Positions 55,334 to 64,000 of a DNA stretch of 64,000 nt are shown here, one piece after another. A model generated the notes under the pieces. It was not told the DNA's origin. It made no database searches and worked only from the letters and a program-made list of their open reading frames with translations. The first letter of the stretch is position 1; each line of letters opens with the position of its first letter. The DNA is from a virus, in IMG/VR virus record IMGVR_UViG_3300025816_000006, positions 32,001 through 96,000 of that record; one strand, 5' to 3'. Position numbers and translations under genes: made by a program.

Positions 55334-56100
55334 AATTCAACCTCTATAAATCTTTTAGTTTTTGGTGGAAACTTCTTTTCAATACTACTTAGTGTTTTTA
55401 CAATGTTAGATACTAGGTTCTCCTTCTTTTTCAAACTTGCGTTTGCGATTGCCTTTACTCTTATTATAGCAAATCCCCTGCTTAAAATTCTACCGCTTTT
55501 TTGTAAATCTGCTTTTATTTGCTTCTGTAGCTTCTCTTCTCCCCAGATTGGAAGAAAGTGTGAAGGGCCATCTATCTCTATTATAGTCTTCAAAGACGGT
55601 ATGTAAAGATCTATTTCTAATTTTTCATTAGGAATTAAGTTTTTATTGTGAAAATCTATTGTATAGCCATTTGTGCTTAACTTATCAGCAACAAATTTTT
55701 CTAGCTTAGACCCTTCTCTTCCGGCTTTTCTAATTGCGTCTGTGGCTAGTTTGCACATTTTGTCTTTTTGCGCTGCGTCCATGTTTTTCCATCGCTCTTT
55801 AGCTTGATCTACACGATCTTTTCTTTGTTCGTCGCTCATGCCTTCCCAGTGGTTTTCCATTCCTTCGCTAATTTTAAGCTTTTCTTTTTCCGTTCTTTGT
55901 TTGCCCGCAGTAGGATGAGCGCATCTACCCGTCTTTAAGGCATTTTTCTGCGCTTCGCTTTTATCCTTTAGTGTATACCCATGCTTTATCAGTGTTCTTC
56001 TAATTTTATTTGGATATGTGTTTAAAGACTTTGCGATCTCATAAGTACTCTTACTATGATCATTATACATCTCTATGATTTGTTTGTCAAGATTATTCAT
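55330..56100 (-). CDS. Free-standing endonuclease, DUF559/Vsr-like PD-(D/E)xK, with HTH and NUMOD3-like segments
   Basis: HTH STYEIAKSLNTYPNKIRRTL, NUMOD3-like GKQRTEKEKLKIS, nuclease motifs SKLE...EIDLYIP...IIEIDGPSH...D. Confidence 0.75.
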   Translation of the reverse strand: MNNLDKQIIEMYNDHSKSTYEIAKSLNTYPNKIRRTLIKHGYTLKDKSEAQKNALKTGRCAHPTAGKQRTEKEKLKISEGMENHWEGMSDEQRKDRVDQAKERWKNMDAAQKDKMCKLATDAIRKAGREGSKLEKFVADKLSTNGYTIDFHNKNLIPNEKLEIDLYIPSLKTIIEIDGPSHFLPIWGEEKLQKQIKADLQKSGRILSRGFAIIRVKAIANASLKKKENLVSNIVKTLSSIEKKFPPKTKRFIEVEL

Positions 56101-56530
56101 TGAAAACCTCCTTTATCTTATCTAGATTCATAGACTCCATGAGTGTTGGTTCTTTGCCGGTTATTCTTTTTATATATTCGTAATCTTCTTTGTTAGAAAC
56201 GATAAATGGTAATGTATTGAAAATATGTATAATTTGCATGATATTTTTCTGCTGCTGACTTGTGTAGAAAAACGCTGCTTTAAATTTGTTAATTACATTT
56301 CCTATTGAGGATGCTGCATTGTAACTTGTTATAATTAAATTACCTGTAAACTGCCAAATGTCAGTAGAGTTGAACACACCAAATTTAGGTTGTGTTTCAT
56401 TAAATCCAATATCGTTATAGAACAAATTTCCGTTATCTATTTGTCCTTCTTCAAGCCACCTGTTCATACTTTTGTATATTTGATCTGCGCCACTTTGTGA
56501 CGGAGAGTCTACATAAAACCCTAAGTTCAT
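56093..56530 (-). CDS. Hypothetical protein
   Basis: ATG at 56530, just after the fcl stop; 145 aa. Confidence 0.7.
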   Translation of the reverse strand: MNLGFYVDSPSQSGADQIYKSMNRWLEEGQIDNGNLFYNDIGFNETQPKFGVFNSTDIWQFTGNLIITSYNAASSIGNVINKFKAAFFYTSQQQKNIMQIIHIFNTLPFIVSNKEDYEYIKRITGKEPTLMESMNLDKIKEVFNE

Positions 56531-56532
56531 AA

Positions 56533-57465
56533 TTACTTCTCCAATTTTTTGTCGTTTAGAAACCACTTTATGGTTTCTTTTAATCCTGTCTGTAAATTAG
56601 TTTTAGCCTCAAAGTCAAGCAGTTCCTTCGCCTTGCTGGTGTCTAAACAGCGTCTAGGTTGTCCGTCTGGCTTATCTGCTTGCCATTTGATTTCACCTTC
56701 ATAGCCCATTTGTTCTGCTATTTCAGTTGCTAGATCTCTAATCGTAATCTCTTTACCAGTTCCGATGTTTATGGGATCTAGGTCAACTTCTGTTTCTATG
56801 GCTCTAGCAATTGCCTGTACGCAGTCTGCTGCGTAAAGGAACTCTCTAGATGCGCTACCTGTTCCCCAAAGCTCTACGTTGCCGCCATCTTTCATAGCGT
56901 TATAGAATTTAAGAATTAGAGCAGGAATAACGTGACTACTGGTTAGATTGAAGTGATCGTGTGGTCCGTACATATTGACTGGAATCAAATTAGCGCCACG
57001 CATACCATACTGCTCTCCGTATGCCTGTAAGAGCCGCATGAGCGTCTTCTTTGCGATTCCGTATGGCGCATTTGTTTCCTCTGGATAGCCATCCCACAGA
57101 TGTTCCTCTACAAAAGGTACAGGCGTGTGTTTAGGATAAGCACAAACAGTTCCAAGTAGAACAAACTTTTGTACCTTCTCAATTCTAGCTCTTTCTACAA
57201 GATTTGCCCCCATGATAAGATTCTCGTACATAAACTTACCGGGGTTTTCTTGATTTGCTCCGATTCCGCCCACAGACCCAGCCGCATGTACTATTACATC
57301 TGGATTATGGTATTGAACCATTTTTCTACAAGCGTGTTGACACCTGAGATCGTAAACACTAGAACCCATCACGCTTAATGAGTAGTCTTGATTCATAAAT
57401 TGACCAAGGTTTTCTTGAATGTTCTTACCAAGAAACCCTGTTCCGCCAGTTAGTAGTATTCTCAT
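56533..57465 (-). CDS. fcl: GDP-L-fucose synthase (GDP-4-keto-6-deoxymannose epimerase/reductase)
   Basis: Motifs TGGTGFLG, HAAGSVGGIGAN, GTVCAYPK, YGIAKK, PVNMYGPHD, SHVIPALI, WGTGSASREFLY and KPDGQPRRCLD. Confidence 0.93.
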   Translation of the reverse strand: MRILLTGGTGFLGKNIQENLGQFMNQDYSLSVMGSSVYDLRCQHACRKMVQYHNPDVIVHAAGSVGGIGANQENPGKFMYENLIMGANLVERARIEKVQKFVLLGTVCAYPKHTPVPFVEEHLWDGYPEETNAPYGIAKKTLMRLLQAYGEQYGMRGANLIPVNMYGPHDHFNLTSSHVIPALILKFYNAMKDGGNVELWGTGSASREFLYAADCVQAIARAIETEVDLDPINIGTGKEITIRDLATEIAEQMGYEGEIKWQADKPDGQPRRCLDTSKAKELLDFEAKTNLQTGLKETIKWFLNDKKLEK

Positions 57466-57485
57466 ATATAGTCCTCCTTACTATT

Positions 57486-57515
57486 ATTATAGTTTAGGAA
57501 ATACACTTTCGTCAA
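57486..57515 (-). promoter_or_regulatory. Sigma70-type promoter for fcl
   Basis: Minus strand TTGACG-N18-TATAAT, then AGGAGG RBS (57473-57478) and ATG at 57465. Confidence 0.7.
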
Positions 57516-57522
57516 GTTATTT

Positions 57523-58341
57523 TTAAAAATATGCTCCACCTTCTATTTGTTCTTTTGGGGTTTCGTTTGGTAGCGGTCTAATCCAAGATGGGTTTTGCAG
57601 CATTTCTTTGAAAGAATCGTTATCCTCCCACCTTTTTCCTTTTATGCCAAACAGTAGTTGATTTCCACCACCTAAGTATATACAACCTTTTCCAAGTTCA
57701 TTTTGTATAAACTTGCAGAGAGGAATACCCATAGCTCCACAGCCGAGCGCAGCAAAATCAAAATCTTGGTTTGCTATTTCTTCTTTCATTTGCGCTAATC
57801 TGTCTTGCCATACCACCTTGGGTTCTTCTCCAGTATAGCACTCTGCAAACGGATATCTAACCGCTACCACCTCTGGCTTTGGAGCGCCTTGCCATATTTC
57901 AGAATATTTTTCTTTTTGTATATCAACTGTGTCTGGAAACGGAGAAACAAACAAGAGTTTTGTATCACCTAGATGATAATGCCATCCCTCCGGTCCTTTT
58001 AGAAAAGGCTCTAGTTCTTGATGTCCATCAAAAAGTTCATTTTTATATCCTAAGTGTTGCAGGCAAACCTCGTCTAAAAGCTTTCCGTCACTTAGTGGAT
58101 GAAACCATTTTATTAAATGATCCATGTGCAGCGCAGCATCTATGTACACCTTAATAAACTCTGCAAGCGAATCTGGATTGGGACACAGAACACCAGATTG
58201 CCAGAAAAGTTCATACGGGTTTTTTGTACACCTTCCATTGTTTACAAGGAAGTCGTAAATGTAAGAAGTTTCAGTTCCTCCCAATTTACCAAAAGATACA
58301 TTGCTTTTATTTTTTAAGCACTCTATAATTAAGTTATTCAT
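57523..58341 (-). CDS. Glycan-cluster protein, GT-D/DUF1792-like putative glycosyltransferase
   Basis: KLGGTE and DFDFAALGCGAMGIPL...IYLGGGNQLLFGIKGKRWE; sits in a glycosylation gene cluster. Confidence 0.55.
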   Translation of the reverse strand: MNNLIIECLKNKSNVSFGKLGGTETSYIYDFLVNNGRCTKNPYELFWQSGVLCPNPDSLAEFIKVYIDAALHMDHLIKWFHPLSDGKLLDEVCLQHLGYKNELFDGHQELEPFLKGPEGWHYHLGDTKLLFVSPFPDTVDIQKEKYSEIWQGAPKPEVVAVRYPFAECYTGEEPKVVWQDRLAQMKEEIANQDFDFAALGCGAMGIPLCKFIQNELGKGCIYLGGGNQLLFGIKGKRWEDNDSFKEMLQNPSWIRPLPNETPKEQIEGGAYF

Positions 58342-58990
58342 TTAATTTCCTCAAATCAAAAAAGTCTTGTTTTTGCTGTAGTATTGAATCTAAATGTTTG
58401 TATATTTTTTCTGCGCACTCATCTGGCGTTTGCATTGTATCATATGCTTCTTTAAATTTTTTCACAGAGGGTATATCTTTTTCATCGTATCTGTGTATTT
58501 CGTCTTGCATCTTTGTCTTGACCAACCCCGGAGCTAGTGATAAAAAGTTTACTTCTGGATTTTCTATTGCGTAGCAGGACATTAATTGTTTTATAGCTGC
58601 TTTTGTGGCGCAGTATATCGACCATCCATAATAACCCTTGGATGCTGCGCCAGAAGAAACGCATATTACATTTTTAACACTATCGTTTTTTAGCAGTTTG
58701 TCAATAATAATTTTATTAGACCACACGTTTATATTGAAAGCTTCTTGATAATCATAGAGACTTGTATTTCTAGCGGGTAATAATTGTCCTAGTATTCCCG
58801 CATTTAAAAACACGTAATCATAGCTAACCCTTTTTGCGTATTGATCTATAGCCTGTTCTACTTGATCTAATTTTTTGAAATCGCAATCTTTTCGATCAAT
58901 AGATTGAACGCTATGTCCTTCTTCGCTATATGTTTTTAGCAGTGATTCGCCCAGACCAGAAGTGGTTCCGGTAATTAATACTTTAGCCAT
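58334..58990 (-). CDS. Short-chain dehydrogenase/reductase
   Basis: Motifs ITGTTSGLG, LNAG, VSSGAA, YCATK (YxxxK) and APGLVKTKM. Confidence 0.9.
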   Translation of the reverse strand: MAKVLITGTTSGLGESLLKTYSEEGHSVQSIDRKDCDFKKLDQVEQAIDQYAKRVSYDYVFLNAGILGQLLPARNTSLYDYQEAFNINVWSNKIIIDKLLKNDSVKNVICVSSGAASKGYYGWSIYCATKAAIKQLMSCYAIENPEVNFLSLAPGLVKTKMQDEIHRYDEKDIPSVKKFKEAYDTMQTPDECAEKIYKHLDSILQQKQDFFDLRKLNE

Positions 58991-59924
58991 TTAGCACATC
59001 CTCGCAGTATGAGTCTTTGTCTACGCCTTTGATCAGCTTGCATATAGATTCAAATTTATGAATATCCATACATCTTTCTGATGCTTCTTTTGCATAGTTG
59101 TCAGTCAGGGCATATTTAGAGGTTATGAGTTCGTATGGAGTTGGCTGAATACTCAGTAGTTCATTATACTCTAATATTAATTTTGCTAAATCAGCAACAT
59201 GGGATTTTTCTAAAACGTATTCTAGCTTTAAATTACCAGAGCCTTTTCCCATGCCTTTTATAGACGTGTCGGTGCTGTCTACTGGTTTCTTTAATATTTC
59301 TCTATAGTTAACCATAGCCATGCCGCTGTGATCATGTAAATGAAATCCTGTTCTCTTTCCATGTTCATGGCACACATCAAAGAAGTGTTGAAATTTCCAA
59401 AAGTCTTTTGTTAAGTCTAAGTCGCCATGAGTGTCTGCAAAATACACATAATCAAACGGCCAATCTTTTATCTTGGTGGATAAGTCTGTAAGTTCCATAA
59501 ATGAATAATTTGAAGCATTAAAAATATTAAAACTAACATTAAGTCCGGTGTACTGCTTTAGCTCTTTACCGAACAGCATAGCTTCGTTCATATCTTCTTT
59601 TCTCGCGCACATTCTAATCATAGATATTTCTGATTGATTGCACGTTGGATAATCACTCATGTTGTGACTACAATAATGGTAGTCAATCATGATAGAGACG
59701 TTATTTAGTCCAGACCCTTCTGTTACATCACAAACCTTTTCATAGTCAAGATTGTAAAAAGTGTTTGCAGTCTTAGAAGTCTGCCCCCAGTAGCCAAGTT
59801 CTAGGGTTCCCACTTGATGTAGACTGGATAGTGTCTTATAATAATCTCTAGCAAACTCTATAGGCCAGTCGAAGTTTACAGCGTGTCCACCATCTCTTAG
59901 TGTTACATCAATAATCTCAATCAT
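58983..59924 (-). CDS. DRE-TIM (HMGL-like) metal-dependent aldolase
   Basis: Motifs IDVTLRDGG, YFADTHG, GFHLHD (HxH) and GMGKGSGNL. Confidence 0.85.
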   Translation of the reverse strand: MIEIIDVTLRDGGHAVNFDWPIEFARDYYKTLSSLHQVGTLELGYWGQTSKTANTFYNLDYEKVCDVTEGSGLNNVSIMIDYHYCSHNMSDYPTCNQSEISMIRMCARKEDMNEAMLFGKELKQYTGLNVSFNIFNASNYSFMELTDLSTKIKDWPFDYVYFADTHGDLDLTKDFWKFQHFFDVCHEHGKRTGFHLHDHSGMAMVNYREILKKPVDSTDTSIKGMGKGSGNLKLEYVLEKSHVADLAKLILEYNELLSIQPTPYELITSKYALTDNYAKEASERCMDIHKFESICKLIKGVDKDSYCEDVLNG

Positions 59925-60570
59925 TTTTCCAAGTCCTCGCTATTTTTAAGTCTTCATACGTGTCAATTTCTATGGCTTCTGGCATAGAGATCGGATATAG
60001 AAACGGCTTCTTGCCTGTTCTATTATTATTTTCTTTAAAAGTTTTTTTGGTAAAGATAAAAAATGCTCCGTTTCCTAATTTTACTGGTTCCAAGTCTTGA
60101 GTTTTTTGAACTACGCTTGGATCAAAATTTATTGGTTCATTTTTGTAATATGCAAATTCTTTGTGCGACGTACAAGCTTGAACAGAGTCGTATCCTTCTT
60201 TTAGCTTTTCTGATGCGCTTTGTATTGTTTGCAGTGTTATGAAGGGGGATGTTACGTGGGGCGTGACAATTATCTCATGTTCATCTTTAACGTACATATC
60301 TAAAAATCTATCAATCATCAAAAGCGCTGGACTGACTTTAAACTTAGGATCTTGTTCTAGCTTGATATGCTCTTCTAATCTTTTGTAGCATGTTACATGA
60401 GATATTTTTTGACATTCGTGATATACGTCTTCACTGTCTGTATCAATGTATACGTCTTGCCCTTCAAGTTCTTTGATTAAATTTCTCCATAAAGGTAGCC
60501 CACGCACTTTTAAAAAATTCTTAAACTTGACTCTTTGAGAGTTTTCTTTAATATAAATAAAATATTTCAT
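59917..60570 (-). CDS. Acylneuraminate/ulosonate cytidylyltransferase (NeuA/KdsB family)
   Basis: Motifs KENSQRVKFKN, IDTDSED, HVTSPF, KTQDLEP, NGAFFIF and EIDTYEDL. Confidence 0.85.
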   Translation of the reverse strand: MKYFIYIKENSQRVKFKNFLKVRGLPLWRNLIKELEGQDVYIDTDSEDVYHECQKISHVTCYKRLEEHIKLEQDPKFKVSPALLMIDRFLDMYVKDEHEIIVTPHVTSPFITLQTIQSASEKLKEGYDSVQACTSHKEFAYYKNEPINFDPSVVQKTQDLEPVKLGNGAFFIFTKKTFKENNNRTGKKPFLYPISMPEAIEIDTYEDLKIARTWKND

Positions 60571-61019
60571 TATTCACCAATAAATGTACAGGTTAGCTTT
60601 CTCAACCTAATCGGATCTAGCTCTACGGCGAATATTTTCTTCCATTCTCCAAGCATTAGCTTTCCATTTTCGATTGGTATCGTTTCAGAAGAATTAAAAA
60701 ACATGGATCTTATGTGCGAATGTCCGTTTATTCTTTCTGAGTGATGAACATCTGATCTTAAAGAAATCATATCGTGCATGTATTTAGTGTTTTTATGCTG
60801 TCCTTCTGGCGACTTGGTTATTGGCGCTTGAGCATCCAGAAAAAATCTTACATCTGCATGATGTAAAAGCTCATCTTCTGTTAGCCATACACTCATTGTT
60901 GTATGAGGGGAAAAAACGTTTACTATTCCAGATTTGCGCCACTCTGTAGCAAATTCTTGTACTTGCTCTGTAATGTTTGTAAACAGCTTGTCTGTATGAA
61001 TTTCAATATGTTTCTTCAT
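60570..61019 (-). CDS. yjbQ: YjbQ/UPF0047 family protein
   Basis: Motifs NITEQV, SGIVNVFSPHTT, NGHSHIRS and LGEWKKIFAVELDPIRLRK. Confidence 0.85.
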   Translation of the reverse strand: MKKHIEIHTDKLFTNITEQVQEFATEWRKSGIVNVFSPHTTMSVWLTEDELLHHADVRFFLDAQAPITKSPEGQHKNTKYMHDMISLRSDVHHSERINGHSHIRSMFFNSSETIPIENGKLMLGEWKKIFAVELDPIRLRKLTCTFIGE

Positions 61020-61701
61020 TAATTATGTTTCCATATACGTGGTTCAAAAGTTCGATCATTTCAAGAGATGGTTTTAAGCCAGCAACACCTATAGTAGTCG
61101 GATTTGTGTCTTTTAACATACATAGCGTAGCGTCTATGTAATTATTTGCATGTAGCCATCTCAGTATATTTACTTCGCTTTCTTTGTCATGACAAGATTT
61201 TTTTTCATCTTCTCTTTTAAAAACAAAATCCTCAACGTAATAGCTTTTTCTAGTTTCCTTTGTTATACTAAAACCAAAAACAAAGGGTTTTTCTTTGTTT
61301 AAAATTAGCTCTAAAAGGCAGACAAATCCAGTTCTTGGTCGTGTCTTAAACCTGTAGGGACATTCAATAGATTTTAAAAAATTATTGTATCTATCATTTA
61401 CATAACTAGCATCTGCATACCAAACAGAATTGTAGTCTTTTTCTGAAAAATTATCGTAAAAATATCTTAAATGCTCTTGTTTATATTCCTCTCCATAAAC
61501 CTTAAAAACAGTTTCCCAGCTTGATTTTTGTTTTATAAAGTTATCAAAAACATGACTACAAAGAGCTAATTGATCTTTAATAGATCCGTTGTTTTCTTTT
61601 GGTATCCCCATATTACAGCGAATATTACTATGGAAGCTGTCTAGCAGATTATCTAATTTTAATTTGTTGTAAGGTTTATTTCCTATTACAATTGGCGGCA
61701 C
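61003..61701 (-). CDS. GT29 (sialyltransferase)-like glycosyltransferase
   Basis: Sialylmotif-like segments: L (IVIGN...LLDSFHSNIRCN), S (PRTGFVCLLELIL...VFGF), III (SYY) and VS (CHDKESE). Confidence 0.6.
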   Translation of the reverse strand: MPPIVIGNKPYNKLKLDNLLDSFHSNIRCNMGIPKENNGSIKDQLALCSHVFDNFIKQKSSWETVFKVYGEEYKQEHLRYFYDNFSEKDYNSVWYADASYVNDRYNNFLKSIECPYRFKTRPRTGFVCLLELILNKEKPFVFGFSITKETRKSYYVEDFVFKREDEKKSCHDKESEVNILRWLHANNYIDATLCMLKDTNPTTIGVAGLKPSLEMIELLNHVYGNIINEETY

Positions 61702-61703
61702 TG

Positions 61704-62090
61704 TTAATCCTTTGCTTTTACGGTGTTTAAAAATTCTTCATAGTTTGTCATGTAGTCCGATTCTTCATATTCATTATTACATAGCACTAAAAGAATATCA
61801 TCGCCAGTTAAATATGTTTGCTTCCCCCAAATCATATTATTCATTAACACAGACTGACCCTTTTCTATTACGCACTGTTTTATTTTTTTGCCGTCATCAA
61901 GCGATACTAAGATTTTACCCTGTATGCATATCAAAAGTTGTTTATCTTCAATGTGCGCATGATTACCCCTAACCTCTCCTTTTGGAACATTTGAAACAAA
62001 AAACATTCTCTTTGCAGATAAATCAATATCTTTATTAATTGCAAAAAGTGTTCCGTCAGAACCTTCAAATTTATCTAAATTTTTTAGCAT
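61704..62090 (-). CDS. fdtA: NDP-4-keto-6-deoxyhexose 3,4-ketoisomerase (FdtA/QdtA/WxcM-like cupin)
   Basis: KRMFFVSNVP, RGNHAH, QLLICIQG, LDDG and LLVLCNNEYEESDY...YEEF. Confidence 0.8.
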   Translation of the reverse strand: MLKNLDKFEGSDGTLFAINKDIDLSAKRMFFVSNVPKGEVRGNHAHIEDKQLLICIQGKILVSLDDGKKIKQCVIEKGQSVLMNNMIWGKQTYLTGDDILLVLCNNEYEESDYMTNYEEFLNTVKAKD

Positions 62091-62991
62091 ATGATATAAC
62101 CTTGTCTATGTCTTCTTGACTGAGTTGATCATGAAACGGCAAGCTAACAGTTTGTCTGGACTCTGCTTCTGATTTTGGTAAAGTTTGCAACATGATTTGG
62201 CTGGTTTGATATGCAGCTTTTCCGTGACAATGCTCATAGTGTACTCCGCATTGAATATTTTGCTCTTTCATTTTATTTACAAAATCAATGTTTGATTTAA
62301 CTCTGATTCTATATAAGTGCCTACTTGTATTATTATAACCAAACGCATCATTATATGCAAGTTTTATTTTATCTAATCTGTTATTTTTTTGACTTAAATT
62401 TTTAAGATTTTCATTTGCTATATATGCCTGAGCAGAAGTCCAATGCATTTTATAACCTGCGCAGCGCTGCTTTCTCTTCCAACTGTTATTATCAAAGCCA
62501 GTCCCATTCATTGTCATCGTTTGGAAGTGTTCAATTTTTTCTTTATTGTTTGACACTATTATTCCTCCGTCACAACCACTAACCGGCTTAGTGGGATAGA
62601 AACTAAATATCATAAGTGCATCATCATCTTTTAAATTTGCGTATTGATTTCTACTAACTTGCTGCGCTGAGTCGTATATATCTTCATGCAGGTGATAGCA
62701 ACTTCCTACCCATTCTATATCGTCGTAAAATTCTATTTTGTGATCTGAATTTACAATAGCATTAGGAACGACAATGGGTATTGTGCTTGGAATTTTTACT
62801 ATTTGATTTTGATGATATCTTTTTAGCGCCAAGAATATTAAGCTAGAAGCGCTATTTGCTGTGCAAGAATACTTTGCCCCGACATAACTAGCGAACGCTG
62901 CTTCAAACTCTTGAACTATTTCGCCGTGAAGCAAATTGCCAAGCACAGATGTGTCTATGATATGGTTCGGTATGTCAAAAAGTTTAATCAT
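62071..62991 (-). CDS. DegT/DnrJ/EryC1/StrS PLP-dependent sugar aminotransferase
   Basis: FEAAFASYVG, DSAQ, SFYPTKP (PLP lysine), DGG, GYK, GVHY and VSLPFH. Confidence 0.88.
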   Translation of the reverse strand: MIKLFDIPNHIIDTSVLGNLLHGEIVQEFEAAFASYVGAKYSCTANSASSLIFLALKRYHQNQIVKIPSTIPIVVPNAIVNSDHKIEFYDDIEWVGSCYHLHEDIYDSAQQVSRNQYANLKDDDALMIFSFYPTKPVSGCDGGIIVSNNKEKIEHFQTMTMNGTGFDNNSWKRKQRCAGYKMHWTSAQAYIANENLKNLSQKNNRLDKIKLAYNDAFGYNNTSRHLYRIRVKSNIDFVNKMKEQNIQCGVHYEHCHGKAAYQTSQIMLQTLPKSEAESRQTVSLPFHDQLSQEDIDKVISYAKKFR

Positions 62992-63601
62992 CTTTTTTTA
63001 ATAAAAATGTTTTTTTAGAATCTAGTCCATCGAAAGAATTACACATATAATCTAATGTAAATCCGCAATCTGTTATGGTTTTTTGTAATTCATCTTTAGA
63101 AACCGTGGAGTTAGTTGCTATTAGATTTTGACTATACGGTGTATACTCTTCTAAAGAAGTTTTCTCTCCCACATCTTGTCTATGAACTAATACGTATTTT
63201 TTTGATACAGTTAATATCTTAGCAAGTGTTTCTATTGGATTTTTCATTTCACTAATAAAAGCATTCATAAAAACTAAGTCGTAATTATTTAGAAAACTTA
63301 AATTATCTTTATCTACGTCAAACCTAATATAATTAAAATTTGACCTTTGAACTGATGCTACCTTATCTATCATATGTGGTAGATCTGCACCGGTATAATC
63401 TACATTATCGCTACCAACTGATTGGCAGACATCTCCAAACTCTGCGTTGCCGCAACCCACGTCGATAATACTTTTCACGTCACTTGTGGCTTCAAGACAC
63501 TTGCTTATACTCTCAAAGTGATCGCTGTGTACTACATGAGGAAATTTTCTATTGAATACTAGATTGCAGATCTCATCATTTTTCCAAGCATCTTTTTGCA
63601 T
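62984..63601 (-). CDS. Class I SAM-dependent methyltransferase
   Basis: IIDVGCGNA, YTGAD and YDLVFMN. Confidence 0.85.
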   Translation of the reverse strand: MQKDAWKNDEICNLVFNRKFPHVVHSDHFESISKCLEATSDVKSIIDVGCGNAEFGDVCQSVGSDNVDYTGADLPHMIDKVASVQRSNFNYIRFDVDKDNLSFLNNYDLVFMNAFISEMKNPIETLAKILTVSKKYVLVHRQDVGEKTSLEEYTPYSQNLIATNSTVSKDELQKTITDCGFTLDYMCNSFDGLDSKKTFLLKKDD

Positions 63602-64000
63602 TTAATTTCCTTTGTATTTAGATAGTTGTTCTTTAATCGCTTTATTTAATGTATCCACATTTTCTTGAATGCTTCTTGGGTGCTGACCCGAAAACTTATT
63701 TGTAAAACACTCACCTCTCACGTTTGGTTTAAACTCATGCACACCAAACCATTTTCTTTCTATCTGCATTTTTTTTGACTCGTCTCCTGTTACCCAAGGT
63801 AGGTATATTTGATTAAAGTAATCGTCAATACAAAGCTCTTTAGAAACACTGTCTTTGTAGTAAGAAACTTTTTTGTAAACTTGATCTGGGAACACATAAG
63901 AATAGTGATACATTTGCGCGCCTATCATATCATATAAAGTATTACTATCTACATGCTTTCTTGGTATATCTGGATTATATTTCATTGTTGGCGGGCGATG
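63602..64000 (-). CDS. C-terminal part of a probable glycosyltransferase (5'-partial)
   Basis: Frame stays open to the window edge (...HRPPT-MKYNP); MYHYSYV...KVSYY and FSGQHP in a glycan cluster. Confidence 0.5.
   Translation of the reverse strand, partial: HRPPTMKYNPDIPRKHVDSNTLYDMIGAQMYHYSYVFPDQVYKKVSYYKDSVSKELCIDDYFNQIYLPWVTGDESKKMQIERKWFGVHEFKPNVRGECFTNKFSGQHPRSIQENVDTLNKAIKEQLSKYKGN

Noticed and set aside
55330-56100. Group I intron or intein hosting the endonuclease
   Set aside because: The ORF overlaps both neighbours with no non-coding flanks, and the neighbours look like separate complete genes.
1-64000. tRNA/rRNA genes, CRISPR arrays, stop-codon recoding
   Set aside because: Intergenic gaps are under ~100 bp with no cloverleaf or repeat-spacer pattern seen, and TAA, TAG and TGA all end genes cleanly in the standard code.
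56533-64000. Bacterial chromosomal O-antigen locus (prophage boundary or chimeric join)
   Set aside because: No wzx/wzy/ABC export genes, integrase or att-like repeat; the genes are compact and run directly into phage-type genes, so a phage-encoded cluster is more likely.

Overview
AT-rich, densely coding segment of a large tailed dsDNA bacteriophage (Caudoviricetes, probably with a long non-contractile tail because no sheath gene is visible), read in the standard bacterial code. Positions 1-54162 (+) are one virion morphogenesis block. In order it holds tail-fibre and LamG lectin genes, an inserted four-gene glycan-modification cassette (PRTase-HAD fusion, glycosyltransferase, sulfotransferase, pyruvyltransferase), head-tail joining and tail-tube genes, two paralogous chaperone-like genes, a 2464-aa tape measure protein, a 4846-aa propeller/LamG adhesin-like protein and large tail-tip proteins. 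Back-to-back terminators at about 54.2 kb separate this block from a minus-strand block encoding a Zn-ribbon protein, an SSAP-like protein, a DUF559-type endonuclease and a nucleotide-sugar/glycosylation cluster (Fcl, SDR, DRE-TIM aldolase, cytidylyltransferase, YjbQ, GT29-like, FdtA-like, DegT-like, methyltransferase). Main observations: (1) two PD-(D/E)xK nuclease-like cassettes inside the tape measure, bracketed by repeated FAxGG/DTVPAMLTPGEFV motifs; (2) strong Ser-Gly enrichment in putative outer virion proteins alongside two glycan-building clusters, suggesting phage-encoded virion glycosylation; (3) a recurring GTGTATAATA promoter-like motif with a duplicated leader. All family assignments come from motifs recognised by eye; no database searches were run.
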